UHGV virus genome: UHGV-2012089 | From: a virus | Direction: 5' to 3' (one strand) | Length of the DNA stretch: 52,314 bases | In this document: piece by piece, positions 1 through 8,638 of the stretch | Position numbering within the stretch: position 1 is the first letter of the stretch | Layout of the letters: each line of letters begins with the position of its first letter | Made by a program: the position numbers and the translations under genes | The notes under the pieces: model-generated | What the model was told of the DNA's origin: nothing | The model's input: the letters and a program-made list of their open reading frames with translations, nothing else | The model's database searches: none

Positions 1-34
1 TATAAATAAATATAAAATATTATATAAAAACATA

Positions 35-62
35 TTGACTTTCTGTTATATCGTGTTATAAT
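35..62 (+). promoter_or_regulatory. sigma70-like promoter (TTGACT-16-TATAAT) followed by AAGTTAAGG box at 69-78
   Basis: ttgact at 35-40, tataat at 57-62, then conserved aagttaagg and a strong RBS aaggagg before ATG 114. Confidence 0.5.
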
Positions 63-113
63 ATAATTAAAGTTAAGGAAAACAAAGTAAACAAATAAGG
101 AGGAACAAATAAG

Positions 114-344
114 ATGATGAAATTTAAGAAAGATAAAAGAATTGATGGATTATGGGAAGCAGAAAGAATAGTTGATAAGTTATGGATATCAAGTAACGAA
201 TATGTTATTGAAAAAGAACCAGTAACAGGAAAGTATTATTTGTATGTAAATGGACAAAAGTATTCAGAAGCAAAAACATTAAAAACAGTAAAAGAGCATG
301 CAAATGAACACTTTAGAAAAAGTCCTAAAAAAATATTTGCATAA
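114..344 (+). CDS. hypothetical early protein (76 aa)
   Basis: ORF with own promoter and RBS aaggaggaacaaataag-ATG. Confidence 0.55.
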   Translation: MMKFKKDKRIDGLWEAERIVDKLWISSNEYVIEKEPVTGKYYLYVNGQKYSEAKTLKTVKEHANEHFRKSPKKIFA

Positions 345-348
345 AATA

Positions 349-377
349 TTGACATAATAAAGCATAGATGTTATTAT
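349..377 (+). promoter_or_regulatory. sigma70-like promoter with CAAGTTAAGAG box (385-394)
   Basis: ttgaca 349-354, 17 nt spacer, tattat 372-377. Confidence 0.45.
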
Positions 378-420
378 ATAAACAAGTTAAGAGAGATAAA
401 ACAAAACAGGAGGAACAAAG

Positions 421-675
421 ATGAATAAAGAAATGAAATATAATATGATATATGACAAAGATACTGGAATGTTTATTTATAGAGGATACAGCATTTTTCC
501 ATTAGAAAGAACAAACGGAACACCTGCAAGTGTAATAAGAAGTTATTATGCTGATGAAAGGCAGAGAATTGATAGGAATATAGAGTTAGAAGAGAAATAC
601 AAAAATATAGATTTAGATAGTTTACACAATGCTGATGAAGATATTGATTTCTTTTTAGATATGGTAAACAATTAA
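421..675 (+). CDS. hypothetical early protein (84 aa)
   Basis: ORF after RBS caggaggaacaaag. Confidence 0.55.
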   Translation: MNKEMKYNMIYDKDTGMFIYRGYSIFPLERTNGTPASVIRSYYADERQRIDRNIELEEKYKNIDLDSLHNADEDIDFFLDMVNN

Positions 676-684
676 AAATAGTTG

Positions 685-713
685 TTGACAAACACAAGTA
701 ATTATGTTAATAT
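685..713 (+). promoter_or_regulatory. sigma70-like promoter
   Basis: ttgaca 685-690, 17 nt spacer, taatat 708-713; same leader aacaaataaggaggaacaaataag as at 90-113. Confidence 0.4.
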
Positions 714-768
714 ATAATCAGAAACAAGGAAAATAGTAAAAGATAACAAATAAGGAGGAACAAATAAG

Positions 769-1002
769 ATGGATGATTATGTTGTAAGATTTGGAAACGA
801 TAGTGAACGTATAGAGCGTAGTGATTATATGTCAAAAGAACAAGCAGAGAAGTTCTACAATAGAATAAAGTTAAATATAAGAATAACATGGAAAGAATTG
901 CTATATGAACCATTAGAAAAAGAGGATGTACAGGAAGTCATTAAAAGTGATAGTGTTCAAATTGTTGATTTAGGTATTTGTAAGGTTGCACTTCAAGTAT
1001 AA
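769..1002 (+). CDS. hypothetical early protein (77 aa)
   Basis: ORF with RBS aaggaggaacaaataag. Confidence 0.55.
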   Translation: MDDYVVRFGNDSERIERSDYMSKEQAEKFYNRIKLNIRITWKELLYEPLEKEDVQEVIKSDSVQIVDLGICKVALQV

Positions 1003-1023
1003 AAAAGTAAGGAGAGAAAACAA

Positions 1024-1197
1024 ATGAAAACATACAGAATCAGAACAGAGACAAATGAAGTGATTTCAAAATATCAAAGGAACTTGCTGAAAAGTTTGAC
1101 AGGTGTTAAAGTCATTAAAACACAACTTAAAATTATTTCTTTCATAAAAGTTATTGTGAGCAATTATTGCCGTAATGAAAACAATAACATTGCCTAG
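1024..1197 (+). CDS. small hypothetical protein (57 aa), 3' end overlaps tRNA-Gln by 7 nt
   Basis: strong RBS aaggagag 8 nt upstream of ATG 1024; below the 60 aa cutoff of the ORF track. Confidence 0.35.
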   Translation: MKTYRIRTETNEVISKYQRNLLKSLTGVKVIKTQLKIISFIKVIVSNYCRNENNNIA

Positions 1198-1262
1198 TAG
1201 CCAAGTGGGAAGGCACAGGAATTTGACTCCTGCATTCGTTGGTTCGAATCCAACCTAGGCAG
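1191..1262 (+). tRNA. tRNA-Gln (anticodon TTG)
   Basis: cloverleaf folded by hand: acceptor TGCCTAG/CTAGGCA, anticodon stem CAGGA/TCCTG, loop ATTTGAC (U33, A37), T-arm GGTTCGAATCC. Confidence 0.8.
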
Positions 1263-1350
1263 TTGCACACTATAAAAGGTGTGCAAATCAAATTTCTTTT
1301 CTTGCTAAAGTGTTGTGAGTAGTGTTCAAGCGCATGAAAGCAACACATAA

Positions 1351-1423
1351 GGAGCATTAGTTCAATGGTTAGAGCAACCGCCTCATAAGCGGTAAGTTGT
1401 AGGTTCGAATCCTACATGCTCCA
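1351..1423 (+). tRNA. tRNA with CAT anticodon (elongator Met or lysidine-type Ile2)
   Basis: acceptor GGAGCAT/ATGCTCC with a paired 1:72 so not an initiator; anticodon stem ACCGC/GCGGT, loop CTCATAA; T-arm GGTTCGAATCC. Confidence 0.75.
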
Positions 1424-1485
1424 TTTAGGTGTAAAACCTAAAAGAAAACAAATAAACATCTATTTCAGAAAGGAAGTACAAAACA

Positions 1486-1980
1486 ATGGAAGAAAAGAAA
1501 ACAAATGAACCAAGAAAAGAAAGAATAAAAGTATATAATGATGACATTGAAATCATTATAGGGGATTCTGTTTTATGTGGTGGAGTTCCATATTATAAGA
1601 TTAAATATAAAGAGGTCGGAAAGAATCATTATAATATTGGTTTTGGTTCATTCTATTTAGATGATGTAATTGAATGTAGAAAGAAAGAATTTGAAGTGGT
1701 AGATGGAGAGATGAAAAACAAAGAAGAAGTGAAAGAAACAAAAGAAATTAATGAAGAAAGAAAGTTAGATGTATTAAAGAGAAAGATTGATGTTCTACTT
1801 GAAAGTCAAGCAACAATTATGAATGCAATCGGTTCAGCGATATGCATGAGTGAGATTAAAGACGAAGATATCAAGATGAAAAATGCAACACTTGGAAATC
1901 TGATTAATCACAGGGATACATGCATGAAAGAAGTGCATGGAAAACCATATGAAGAAATGATGGAAGCAATGGATTGTTGA
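1486..1980 (+). CDS. hypothetical protein (164 aa)
   Basis: ORF with RBS gaaaggaag. Confidence 0.5.
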   Translation: MEEKKTNEPRKERIKVYNDDIEIIIGDSVLCGGVPYYKIKYKEVGKNHYNIGFGSFYLDDVIECRKKEFEVVDGEMKNKEEVKETKEINEERKLDVLKRKIDVLLESQATIMNAIGSAICMSEIKDEDIKMKNATLGNLINHRDTCMKEVHGKPYEEMMEAMDC

Positions 1981-2022
1981 CCGACATGACAGATGTTCTT
2001 GATAAAATATTCAAGTAAAGCA

Positions 2023-2051
2023 TTGACGTATAAAATATAATATGGTATAAT
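2023..2051 (+). promoter_or_regulatory. sigma70-like promoter with extended -10 (TGgTATAAT) upstream of terminase
   Basis: ttgacg 2023-2028, 17 nt spacer, tg + tataat 2043-2051. Confidence 0.45.
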
Positions 2052-2140
2052 TAATTCAAACAGAAAGGCAGATGCACAGTGATGTATCTGTCCTTTTCTG
2101 CTATTACAAACAAGTCAAAACAGAAAGGAGAAAAAGAAGC

Positions 2141-3499
2141 ATGGATGTTAATATTGATGTTTCGAAAAGGTTCTCCACTTTTTTAACAGATTGGAATTAT
2201 GAACAATACCTTTTATTTGGTGGATATGGTAGTGGTAAGAGTTACCACGTTGCACTTAAAATCATATTAAAACTATTAGAAGAAAGAAGAACCTGTCTTG
2301 TTGTAAGACAGGTATATGGAACAATAAAAGAGTCATGTTTTGCATTATTCAAAGAAATACTAGAAAAGATGAACATGTTAAGTGATGAATCGTTACCTAA
2401 TCAGCACTTGCCTAAGAATGGAAAGGCTGTAGCGGTTATGTCACCAATGGAAGTAAGATTTTCAAATGGTAGCAGAATTATATTTAGAGGAATGGACAAT
2501 GTAGAGAAGATAAAGTCCATACATGGTGTATCTATTGTTTGGATGGAAGAGTGCAGTGAAATACGTTATGATGCCTATACAGAGCTTTTAGGACGTATCA
2601 GAGAGCCTAAAATGTCACTACACTTTATTATGACAACAAACCCAGTAGGGAAAGAAAACTGGGTGTATAACACGTTCTTTACTCATACAGATGATAAAGG
2701 AAAAGAACACGTAATACAGGAAGAACAGGAGATATACAAAAGAAGAACACTAGTAAACAAAAAGAATGGAGTATATTATCATCATAGTATTGCAGACGAT
2801 AATCCATTCTTGCCAGCATCATATATAAAGCGTCTTGATGGATTAAAGATTAATGACCCACACTTATGGGCAGTAGCAAGGTGGGGAAGATTTGGAGCAA
2901 GTGGAACAAGAGTTTTACCACAGTTTACGATTGCAACAAATGCAAAACAGTTTACAAATACAATAACAAACATACCAAGTAAATACCATTTCTTTGGTTT
3001 GGACTTTGGTTTTGAAACAAGTTATAATGCGTTGATAAGTTGTGCAGTAGATGATAAAAACAAAATACTCTATATCTATGATGAAGTGTATAGGAATCAT
3101 ATGACAGATAACAAATTCATTTTGTTGGGTGGAGTAAGGAAAGCAAAACAAAGAGCAGAGAATTGTAAGAAACCTATTTTTGCAGATAGTGCATCACCAA
3201 AAGACATACAGTATTATAGGCAAGAGGGATTTAACATGTATGCATGTAGAAAATACCCGGGAAGTAGGTTGCAGAATACAAAGAAGATAAAGAGATTTAA
3301 GAAAATAGTATGTTCGCCAAAATGTAGGAATGCAATAAGGGAACTAAAAGATTTAACGTATGCAAAGGATTCAAAGGGAAATGTAATATATGATGAATTT
3401 AATATCGATTCACATTGCATGAGTGCCTTATGGTATGCGTTAGACCAGTATACAGTAGCAGATATCAAGCAAATAAAGACAAATAGCAAGCATGGTTAG
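2141..3499 (+). CDS. terL: terminase large subunit
   Basis: Walker A GGYGSGKS near the N-terminus, MEECSE ATPase motif, C-terminal nuclease-like region. ATG 2141 follows RBS aaaggag; the 2072 start in the ORF track lacks an RBS. Confidence 0.85.
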   Translation: MDVNIDVSKRFSTFLTDWNYEQYLLFGGYGSGKSYHVALKIILKLLEERRTCLVVRQVYGTIKESCFALFKEILEKMNMLSDESLPNQHLPKNGKAVAVMSPMEVRFSNGSRIIFRGMDNVEKIKSIHGVSIVWMEECSEIRYDAYTELLGRIREPKMSLHFIMTTNPVGKENWVYNTFFTHTDDKGKEHVIQEEQEIYKRRTLVNKKNGVYYHHSIADDNPFLPASYIKRLDGLKINDPHLWAVARWGRFGASGTRVLPQFTIATNAKQFTNTITNIPSKYHFFGLDFGFETSYNALISCAVDDKNKILYIYDEVYRNHMTDNKFILLGGVRKAKQRAENCKKPIFADSASPKDIQYYRQEGFNMYACRKYPGSRLQNTKKIKRFKKIVCSPKCRNAIRELKDLTYAKDSKGNVIYDEFNIDSHCMSALWYALDQYTVADIKQIKTNSKHG

Positions 3500-3567
3500 G
3501 AGTTGTAAGGCTAAGTAAATAAAATGGCATATAGGCGGTAAATAGAAGTTCACAGGAGGTGTTAAGA

Positions 3568-3819
3568 ATGTTGAGAAGTTGGAAGAAGCTAAAAACAATT
3601 AAGAACAGTATAAAACAGTTAAAAGGAATGCAAGAACAAAACATTGGTGATGATTATAGTTGCGGAATTTATAATGGAATAGAGCTGTGCATGGCAATCA
3701 TAGAAGAAAGAGAGCCAGTATTTGCAACATATGATTCAGCCCCATTGAATATAGAACATGATGAAACAGTAGAAAGAACAGTAGCAAGTGGAATAATTAG
3801 GCGAGGTGGAAAGCAATGA
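3568..3819 (+). CDS. hypothetical protein (84 aa)
   Basis: ATG 7 nt after aggagg; the track start at 3559 is a GTG lying inside the RBS. Confidence 0.45.
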   Translation: MLRSWKKLKTIKNSIKQLKGMQEQNIGDDYSCGIYNGIELCMAIIEEREPVFATYDSAPLNIEHDETVERTVASGIIRRGGKQ

Positions 3820-4124
3820 GAGAATTACACTTTGATGTTACTGGACAGTTATTAAGAAGAAACAAACAATGTGATTTTGAAAACATTGTAAGGGGTTCTG
3901 ATAATTATTTGTGTTTGGTATTTCATTTTAACCAAGAATGGCAAGGAACAAAAAGAGTTATAAGTTTCTATGATGTAGATGGAAAACAAACAAATAAAAT
4001 TATAAAAGATAGAGTAACAGTGCCAATAAATGTGACACATGGGAGTATGTTCTATTTTGAACTAACAGGAAAAAGTAATAAAACAAGAATAACAACAAAC
4101 AGGGCATATATAGAACAAACATAA
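3816..4124 (+). CDS. hypothetical protein (102 aa)
   Basis: ORF overlapping upstream stop (ATGA coupling). Confidence 0.45.
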   Translation: MRELHFDVTGQLLRRNKQCDFENIVRGSDNYLCLVFHFNQEWQGTKRVISFYDVDGKQTNKIIKDRVTVPINVTHGSMFYFELTGKSNKTRITTNRAYIEQT

Positions 4125-4137
4125 GGAGGTGTTGGAA

Positions 4138-6525
4138 GTGCCTAGTGTAGATGAATTATTAAATGCGGCAGAAATTACAGAAGCAACATTAACAGAAACA
4201 AATGACGTGATAGAGATAGATGCAGACACAAGAACAATGATTATTCCAGACACAGAAAGAATATTCGGTGTTATGAGTGATGAAAAAGGTGAAAGAAAAT
4301 ATTTCAGATGTAAAAGGTTTGTTGGAAATGGAATAGACTTAAGCAAACTAGACTTAAGAGTTATTTATCAAAATGCAAGTGGGTTAGAAAGCGGAAGAGA
4401 TAAATATATTGTAACAGACTTAAAAACAGATGGTGAGGACTATGTAACATTTAGTTGGGAATTAAGCAGAAAAGTAACAGCATATAAGGGCATTATATCT
4501 TTTATTGTTTGTGCGATTAAAACTGGAACGGACGGTATTATAACAAATGAATGGAATACAACACTTGCAAATGGTATAGTATTGGATGGATTGGAAGTAA
4601 GTGGAACACAGGAGCAAGAAAAAGAAGCGTATGACTATTACAAGCAACTTGAAGCAGAATTAGAAAAGAAAGCACAAGAGGTAATAGGAACAATTCCAAG
4701 TGACTATACGCAAACACTAAAAGATGTTAGTAATTTAAATGGAGAACTTACAGATGGAAGAACGGATGTAGATGGAAACGTCCATAAAAACATCGGAGAT
4801 GCCATGAGAGGACAGGCGAGGAAACTAAGAGAGAATCTTGTTGTCCGTCAGAAAGAACAGCCAACAGATCCGAACAATAATGTATGGATTTCAGATGAAG
4901 ATAATGAGGTGGAAGTGCCGGATATGGGGGAATTTAATTCTCTCAAGGAAGACATAGGTGATTTAAAAAATATATTGAACGAATATCCAATAAGTTTCAC
5001 TAGAGGGTATCATGTAACATATGTATCAAATGGCGTGACAAAAGTAAAAGAATCTACCGATACAAGTAGTTCCGCGTATCATCTAAGATTAAAAAGTCCT
5101 AGTTATGATAAAGGAGTAATCCCAGTTGGAAGTAGTATTGTATGCACAGGACTGGCAACGATTAGAGTGTGGTTTGTAACATATGAAAATGTTCTAATTG
5201 GATACACAGAATTTATAAAAGATTATACTATACCCGAAAAATACAATGATAATTTTTATGACATAATATATATTGATGCTAAAAACAGTGATTCTTCTGT
5301 GATGGAAACGGATTATGCCAAAAAAAATATCCGTGTCGTTGGAAAGAAGAATATCAAAAATAGACTTGCTAAGGTTGAAGAAGAAGCTGATAAAGCAATA
5401 AAATATATAACACCATCTAAAAAAAGATGTTGGACAATCCACAATCAAGAAGACATGTATGTACTAGAAAATGGGGATAATACACCAATAAAAGCATATT
5501 TGGACAAAGAAACAACACCATATGGTACTATGTATGTAAATAACGGAAGAACGGTTTATCGAAATGCTGTGACATCCCCACTGTTTGAAAAATTAACATG
5601 GTTAGTATCTATCGGTACTGTAGGAGATTTTGCGTTCGGAACAAAAGATGGTGATGGTGGAGTAAATGGCTTAAAATGCATTATAAGTCCACTTAACAAA
5701 ACTATAAAAATCTACCATAGTGATTGGAATGGTACAGATAATGTAAAAATAAATCTAACATTTGATTTTGATATTAATACTGGTGAAAAATATCTTTTGG
5801 AGATAACAAAAGACGGATTGTACAGTATTAGTTTTTGTTTTTCGTGTATTACTGATACAACAAAAACATTTAAATATGAACACATAGCAGATAATGAGCA
5901 ATTATCAAATAAAATACGTGCATGGGGTGGAGTTGCTTTTCAATCTCTTGGTGGGCAGTTTAGAATATGGGAAATGTCACAGAAAACAATAGTTGATGAA
6001 TATTTTAATCTTCTTTTAATTGGAGACAGCTTTATAGAAGTAGCTTCCACTTTGATTCCGTCAAATGCAGGATTCGCATATCTTGTCAGAAAAGAATTAG
6101 GAACAAAATGCTCAATTTCGGGGCGTGGAGGAGCTACAACGAATGAACTTTTAAAAAGGATTAAAACAGATGGTGATGTCGGGAAATACAATTTTGTTTT
6201 TTTGCAAATTGGTGCAAATGATAGCGTATCAAAAACAATTACGGTTGATACTTTTAAAAATAACCTACTTAATATAATTGATTATTTTATAAGAATGGGT
6301 GTTGAACCAGTATTAACCACAATTCCAATTAGAACTGATACCGATAATGCAAATTTTATTACAGAAGTTAACCCTTGGATTAAGTCACTTGGCTATAAAT
6401 TTATAGACGAATACAGTATAGTTAATGGTGAAAATATTTTGTCTGATGGTATTCACCCATCAAAAAATGGAAATACCTGTATTTTTAATAGCATAAAAGG
6501 CGTGATTCCTGAAGTATTCAGCTAA
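4138..6525 (+). CDS. large protein with C-terminal SGNH/GDSL hydrolase (esterase) domain, probable virion- or lysis-associated carbohydrate esterase
   Basis: C-terminal blocks GDSF (Ser), GRGG, GANDS (GxND), DGIHPS (DxxH); start is probably GTG 4138, 8 nt after aggagg. Confidence 0.65.
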   Translation: MPSVDELLNAAEITEATLTETNDVIEIDADTRTMIIPDTERIFGVMSDEKGERKYFRCKRFVGNGIDLSKLDLRVIYQNASGLESGRDKYIVTDLKTDGEDYVTFSWELSRKVTAYKGIISFIVCAIKTGTDGIITNEWNTTLANGIVLDGLEVSGTQEQEKEAYDYYKQLEAELEKKAQEVIGTIPSDYTQTLKDVSNLNGELTDGRTDVDGNVHKNIGDAMRGQARKLRENLVVRQKEQPTDPNNNVWISDEDNEVEVPDMGEFNSLKEDIGDLKNILNEYPISFTRGYHVTYVSNGVTKVKESTDTSSSAYHLRLKSPSYDKGVIPVGSSIVCTGLATIRVWFVTYENVLIGYTEFIKDYTIPEKYNDNFYDIIYIDAKNSDSSVMETDYAKKNIRVVGKKNIKNRLAKVEEEADKAIKYITPSKKRCWTIHNQEDMYVLENGDNTPIKAYLDKETTPYGTMYVNNGRTVYRNAVTSPLFEKLTWLVSIGTVGDFAFGTKDGDGGVNGLKCIISPLNKTIKIYHSDWNGTDNVKINLTFDFDINTGEKYLLEITKDGLYSISFCFSCITDTTKTFKYEHIADNEQLSNKIRAWGGVAFQSLGGQFRIWEMSQKTIVDEYFNLLLIGDSFIEVASTLIPSNAGFAYLVRKELGTKCSISGRGGATTNELLKRIKTDGDVGKYNFVFLQIGANDSVSKTITVDTFKNNLLNIIDYFIRMGVEPVLTTIPIRTDTDNANFITEVNPWIKSLGYKFIDEYSIVNGENILSDGIHPSKNGNTCIFNSIKGVIPEVFS

Positions 6526-6617
6526 AGAGGGCATAAAGCAAAAATTAGGAGAGGCTAATATCTTTCTTTTTTCTATTTAAAATTTAGTAAATAAACCGCA
6601 GAAAGGAGAAACCATAC

Positions 6618-7952
6618 ATGAGTGTATTCATAAAGAAATCTAAACTAAGAGTAAAAAATGAAGATGGAACAAGTTATACCGGAGTAATGAATGCCATAGC
6701 AGAAGAGAGTACAGAAGAATTAATCAAACAGATTGAAGCCAAAGGAGAGGAAGTAGTAGAAAAGGGAAATAAGACACTGGAGAGCATCCCAGAGGATTAT
6801 ACAGTGCTGGAAGAGAGTGTGGATTCACTAAAAGAAGATGCAGTTAATCTAAAATTATATCCAAAAACGGCAACGTATAACGTTATTTCATCTACATACA
6901 CAAATTTCACAAGTAACGAAGCAAGTATTGTTTATATTGGTTTTCCCTTTGCATGTTATGTTGAAAGCATTGTACCTGAAATTAGAACAAGTGGAAAACT
7001 GACAGCCTCTATTGTTGAATTTAATAGTGGAAGAATAATAAATGAAAAACCTGTAAAAATTAATAAAATTGGTGATTTCAATATCGGAGATGAAATAAGT
7101 ATAAAGTCAATTTTAACGCAAAACAAGTTAATTAAATTGAATTGTAAAAGTGGTAGTTTAAATGCATATAAATGTATTAGTGAATTATTAATGTTTAGTT
7201 ATTATGGCACTGATGAAAAAATACAAAGTTATTTAGCAGATTATTCTATAGGTGGGGTTTATAAGCTAGCACCAATTAAAAATAATAATGCATGTGTTCC
7301 GAGAGGAATAAAAATGGCTTTTTTCGGGGATAGTATCGGTGAGTATTCCGATGTTGTTCACAATAACTATGTTAGACTATTCAATCAAGTAATGGACTTT
7401 GATGTGATTAATTTATGTCATTCCGGCACAGGCTTTAGTAAAGATTATAATGGTAGTGGAAAATATTCTTCTTATATTAAAGACATAGCAAGTGATTGTA
7501 ACCTTATAGGAGTTGCATGTTCTTTTAATGATTTGGAGGGCGATAAACCTCTAGGAGCGTGGAATGACACAAATGATAAAACTATATTGGGGTGTGTTAA
7601 TTTGTTTTTTCAACAGTTAAGAACAGCCAAAAAAACAAGCGTAATAGTATGTTATACCACATCTCCATGGAATAATAAAAGATATGGAAGTGGTAGTGTA
7701 AACAATTATATTGATGGTGTTGAGAAATTGTGTCATTATTATAATATTCCATTTTTTAATATTTTGAACAAGTTCCCTTTTGGTGATTTTAATGAGAATA
7801 TTCAAAAAATGTATTATTCAAAAAATGGTAGCACACCCGATGGAACGCATCCTAACAATAATGGGCATCTAATAATTTTTGAGCAGATTGCAACTAATTT
7901 GTTGTCTTTATTCACAAGTCCTAATAACGCAATGCTGTTAACAAATGTATGA
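6618..7952 (+). CDS. paralogous protein with C-terminal SGNH/GDSL hydrolase domain
   Basis: blocks FFGDSIG, HSGTG, SFNDL, DGTHPN; N-terminal coiled region shares an IPxDYT motif with the preceding protein. Confidence 0.65.
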   Translation: MSVFIKKSKLRVKNEDGTSYTGVMNAIAEESTEELIKQIEAKGEEVVEKGNKTLESIPEDYTVLEESVDSLKEDAVNLKLYPKTATYNVISSTYTNFTSNEASIVYIGFPFACYVESIVPEIRTSGKLTASIVEFNSGRIINEKPVKINKIGDFNIGDEISIKSILTQNKLIKLNCKSGSLNAYKCISELLMFSYYGTDEKIQSYLADYSIGGVYKLAPIKNNNACVPRGIKMAFFGDSIGEYSDVVHNNYVRLFNQVMDFDVINLCHSGTGFSKDYNGSGKYSSYIKDIASDCNLIGVACSFNDLEGDKPLGAWNDTNDKTILGCVNLFFQQLRTAKKTSVIVCYTTSPWNNKRYGSGSVNNYIDGVEKLCHYYNIPFFNILNKFPFGDFNENIQKMYYSKNGSTPDGTHPNNNGHLIIFEQIATNLLSLFTSPNNAMLLTNV

Positions 7953-8033
7953 TGGACGTATTAATTAAAAAATTCGTAGTAAAATAAGAGTGTGGCAAAT
8001 ATTGCAGTTGATAAAATAGTAGGAGGCTAAAAT

Positions 8034-8360
8034 GTGACAACAGCAGAAATGATAGGTATAGTAGTATTAGGGTTAAGTTCACTTATTGGAATATTTACAG
8101 CGGTATATAGACCATTAAGTGAAAACACAAAAGCAATGACAGAATTAACATTAAGAGTAGAACAGTTAGCAAAAGAAATGAAAGAACAAAATGAGAAATT
8201 AGAGAAACAAAACAAAGAAATAGAAGAGTATAAAGAACACGTAAGAAAAGGGCAGAAACAGCAGTGGGATGCAATAGAAAGAAATGAAAAAGAAATAGGA
8301 GAAGCAAAACACGAATTAGAGTTATGTCGATTAGAAAACGGAGGTAAAAAACATGTTTAA
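8034..8360 (+). CDS. membrane protein with N-terminal TM helix and long coiled coil, putative lysis accessory or holin-like protein
   Basis: GTG start 7 nt after aggagg; hydrophobic IGIVVLGLSSLIGIFTAVY then a K/E-rich coiled coil; sits directly upstream of the holin. Confidence 0.45.
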   Translation: MTTAEMIGIVVLGLSSLIGIFTAVYRPLSENTKAMTELTLRVEQLAKEMKEQNEKLEKQNKEIEEYKEHVRKGQKQQWDAIERNEKEIGEAKHELELCRLENGGKKHV

Positions 8361-8583
8361 GAATTGTGTATTCAAACCAAACGTAAATACTGTTGAATGG
8401 TTTAAGGCGGCAAGTGTAAGAGCTATTAAAACAATGGCACAGGCGGCTATTGGTGTAATTGGTTCTAGTGTGGTTGTTAGTTCAGTGGATTGGAAGATGG
8501 TGGTATCTGCAAGTGTAGTAGCTGGTGTTGTAAGCCTTTTAACGAGCATTGCCGGCATTAAAGAAGTAGAAGCTAAGGAATAG
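8353..8583 (+). CDS. holin (LL-H / phage_holin_4_1-like)
   Basis: 76 aa, two hydrophobic segments (AAIGVIGSSVVV and SASVVAGVVSLLTSIAG), charged C-terminus, immediately upstream of the endolysin. Confidence 0.65.
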   Translation: MFKNCVFKPNVNTVEWFKAASVRAIKTMAQAAIGVIGSSVVVSSVDWKMVVSASVVAGVVSLLTSIAGIKEVEAKE

Positions 8584-8638
8584 TAGTGTAGCATATTAAA
8601 ATTGATTCTAGGGGTATTCTAGGAGGTCATAGAGGTAT

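Noticed and set aside
1486-1980. 164-aa protein directly upstream of the large terminase as the small terminase subunit
   Set aside because: It has no recognisable DNA-binding HTH or oligomerisation features, and the promoter at 2023 separates it from the terminase gene. The small terminase identity remains unresolved, and the 49330 candidate is also weak.
2072-2140. N-terminal extension of the terminase ORF (MHSDVSVLFCYY...)
   Set aside because: No RBS is present. ATG 2141 is preceded by aaaggag and the terminase homology starts there.
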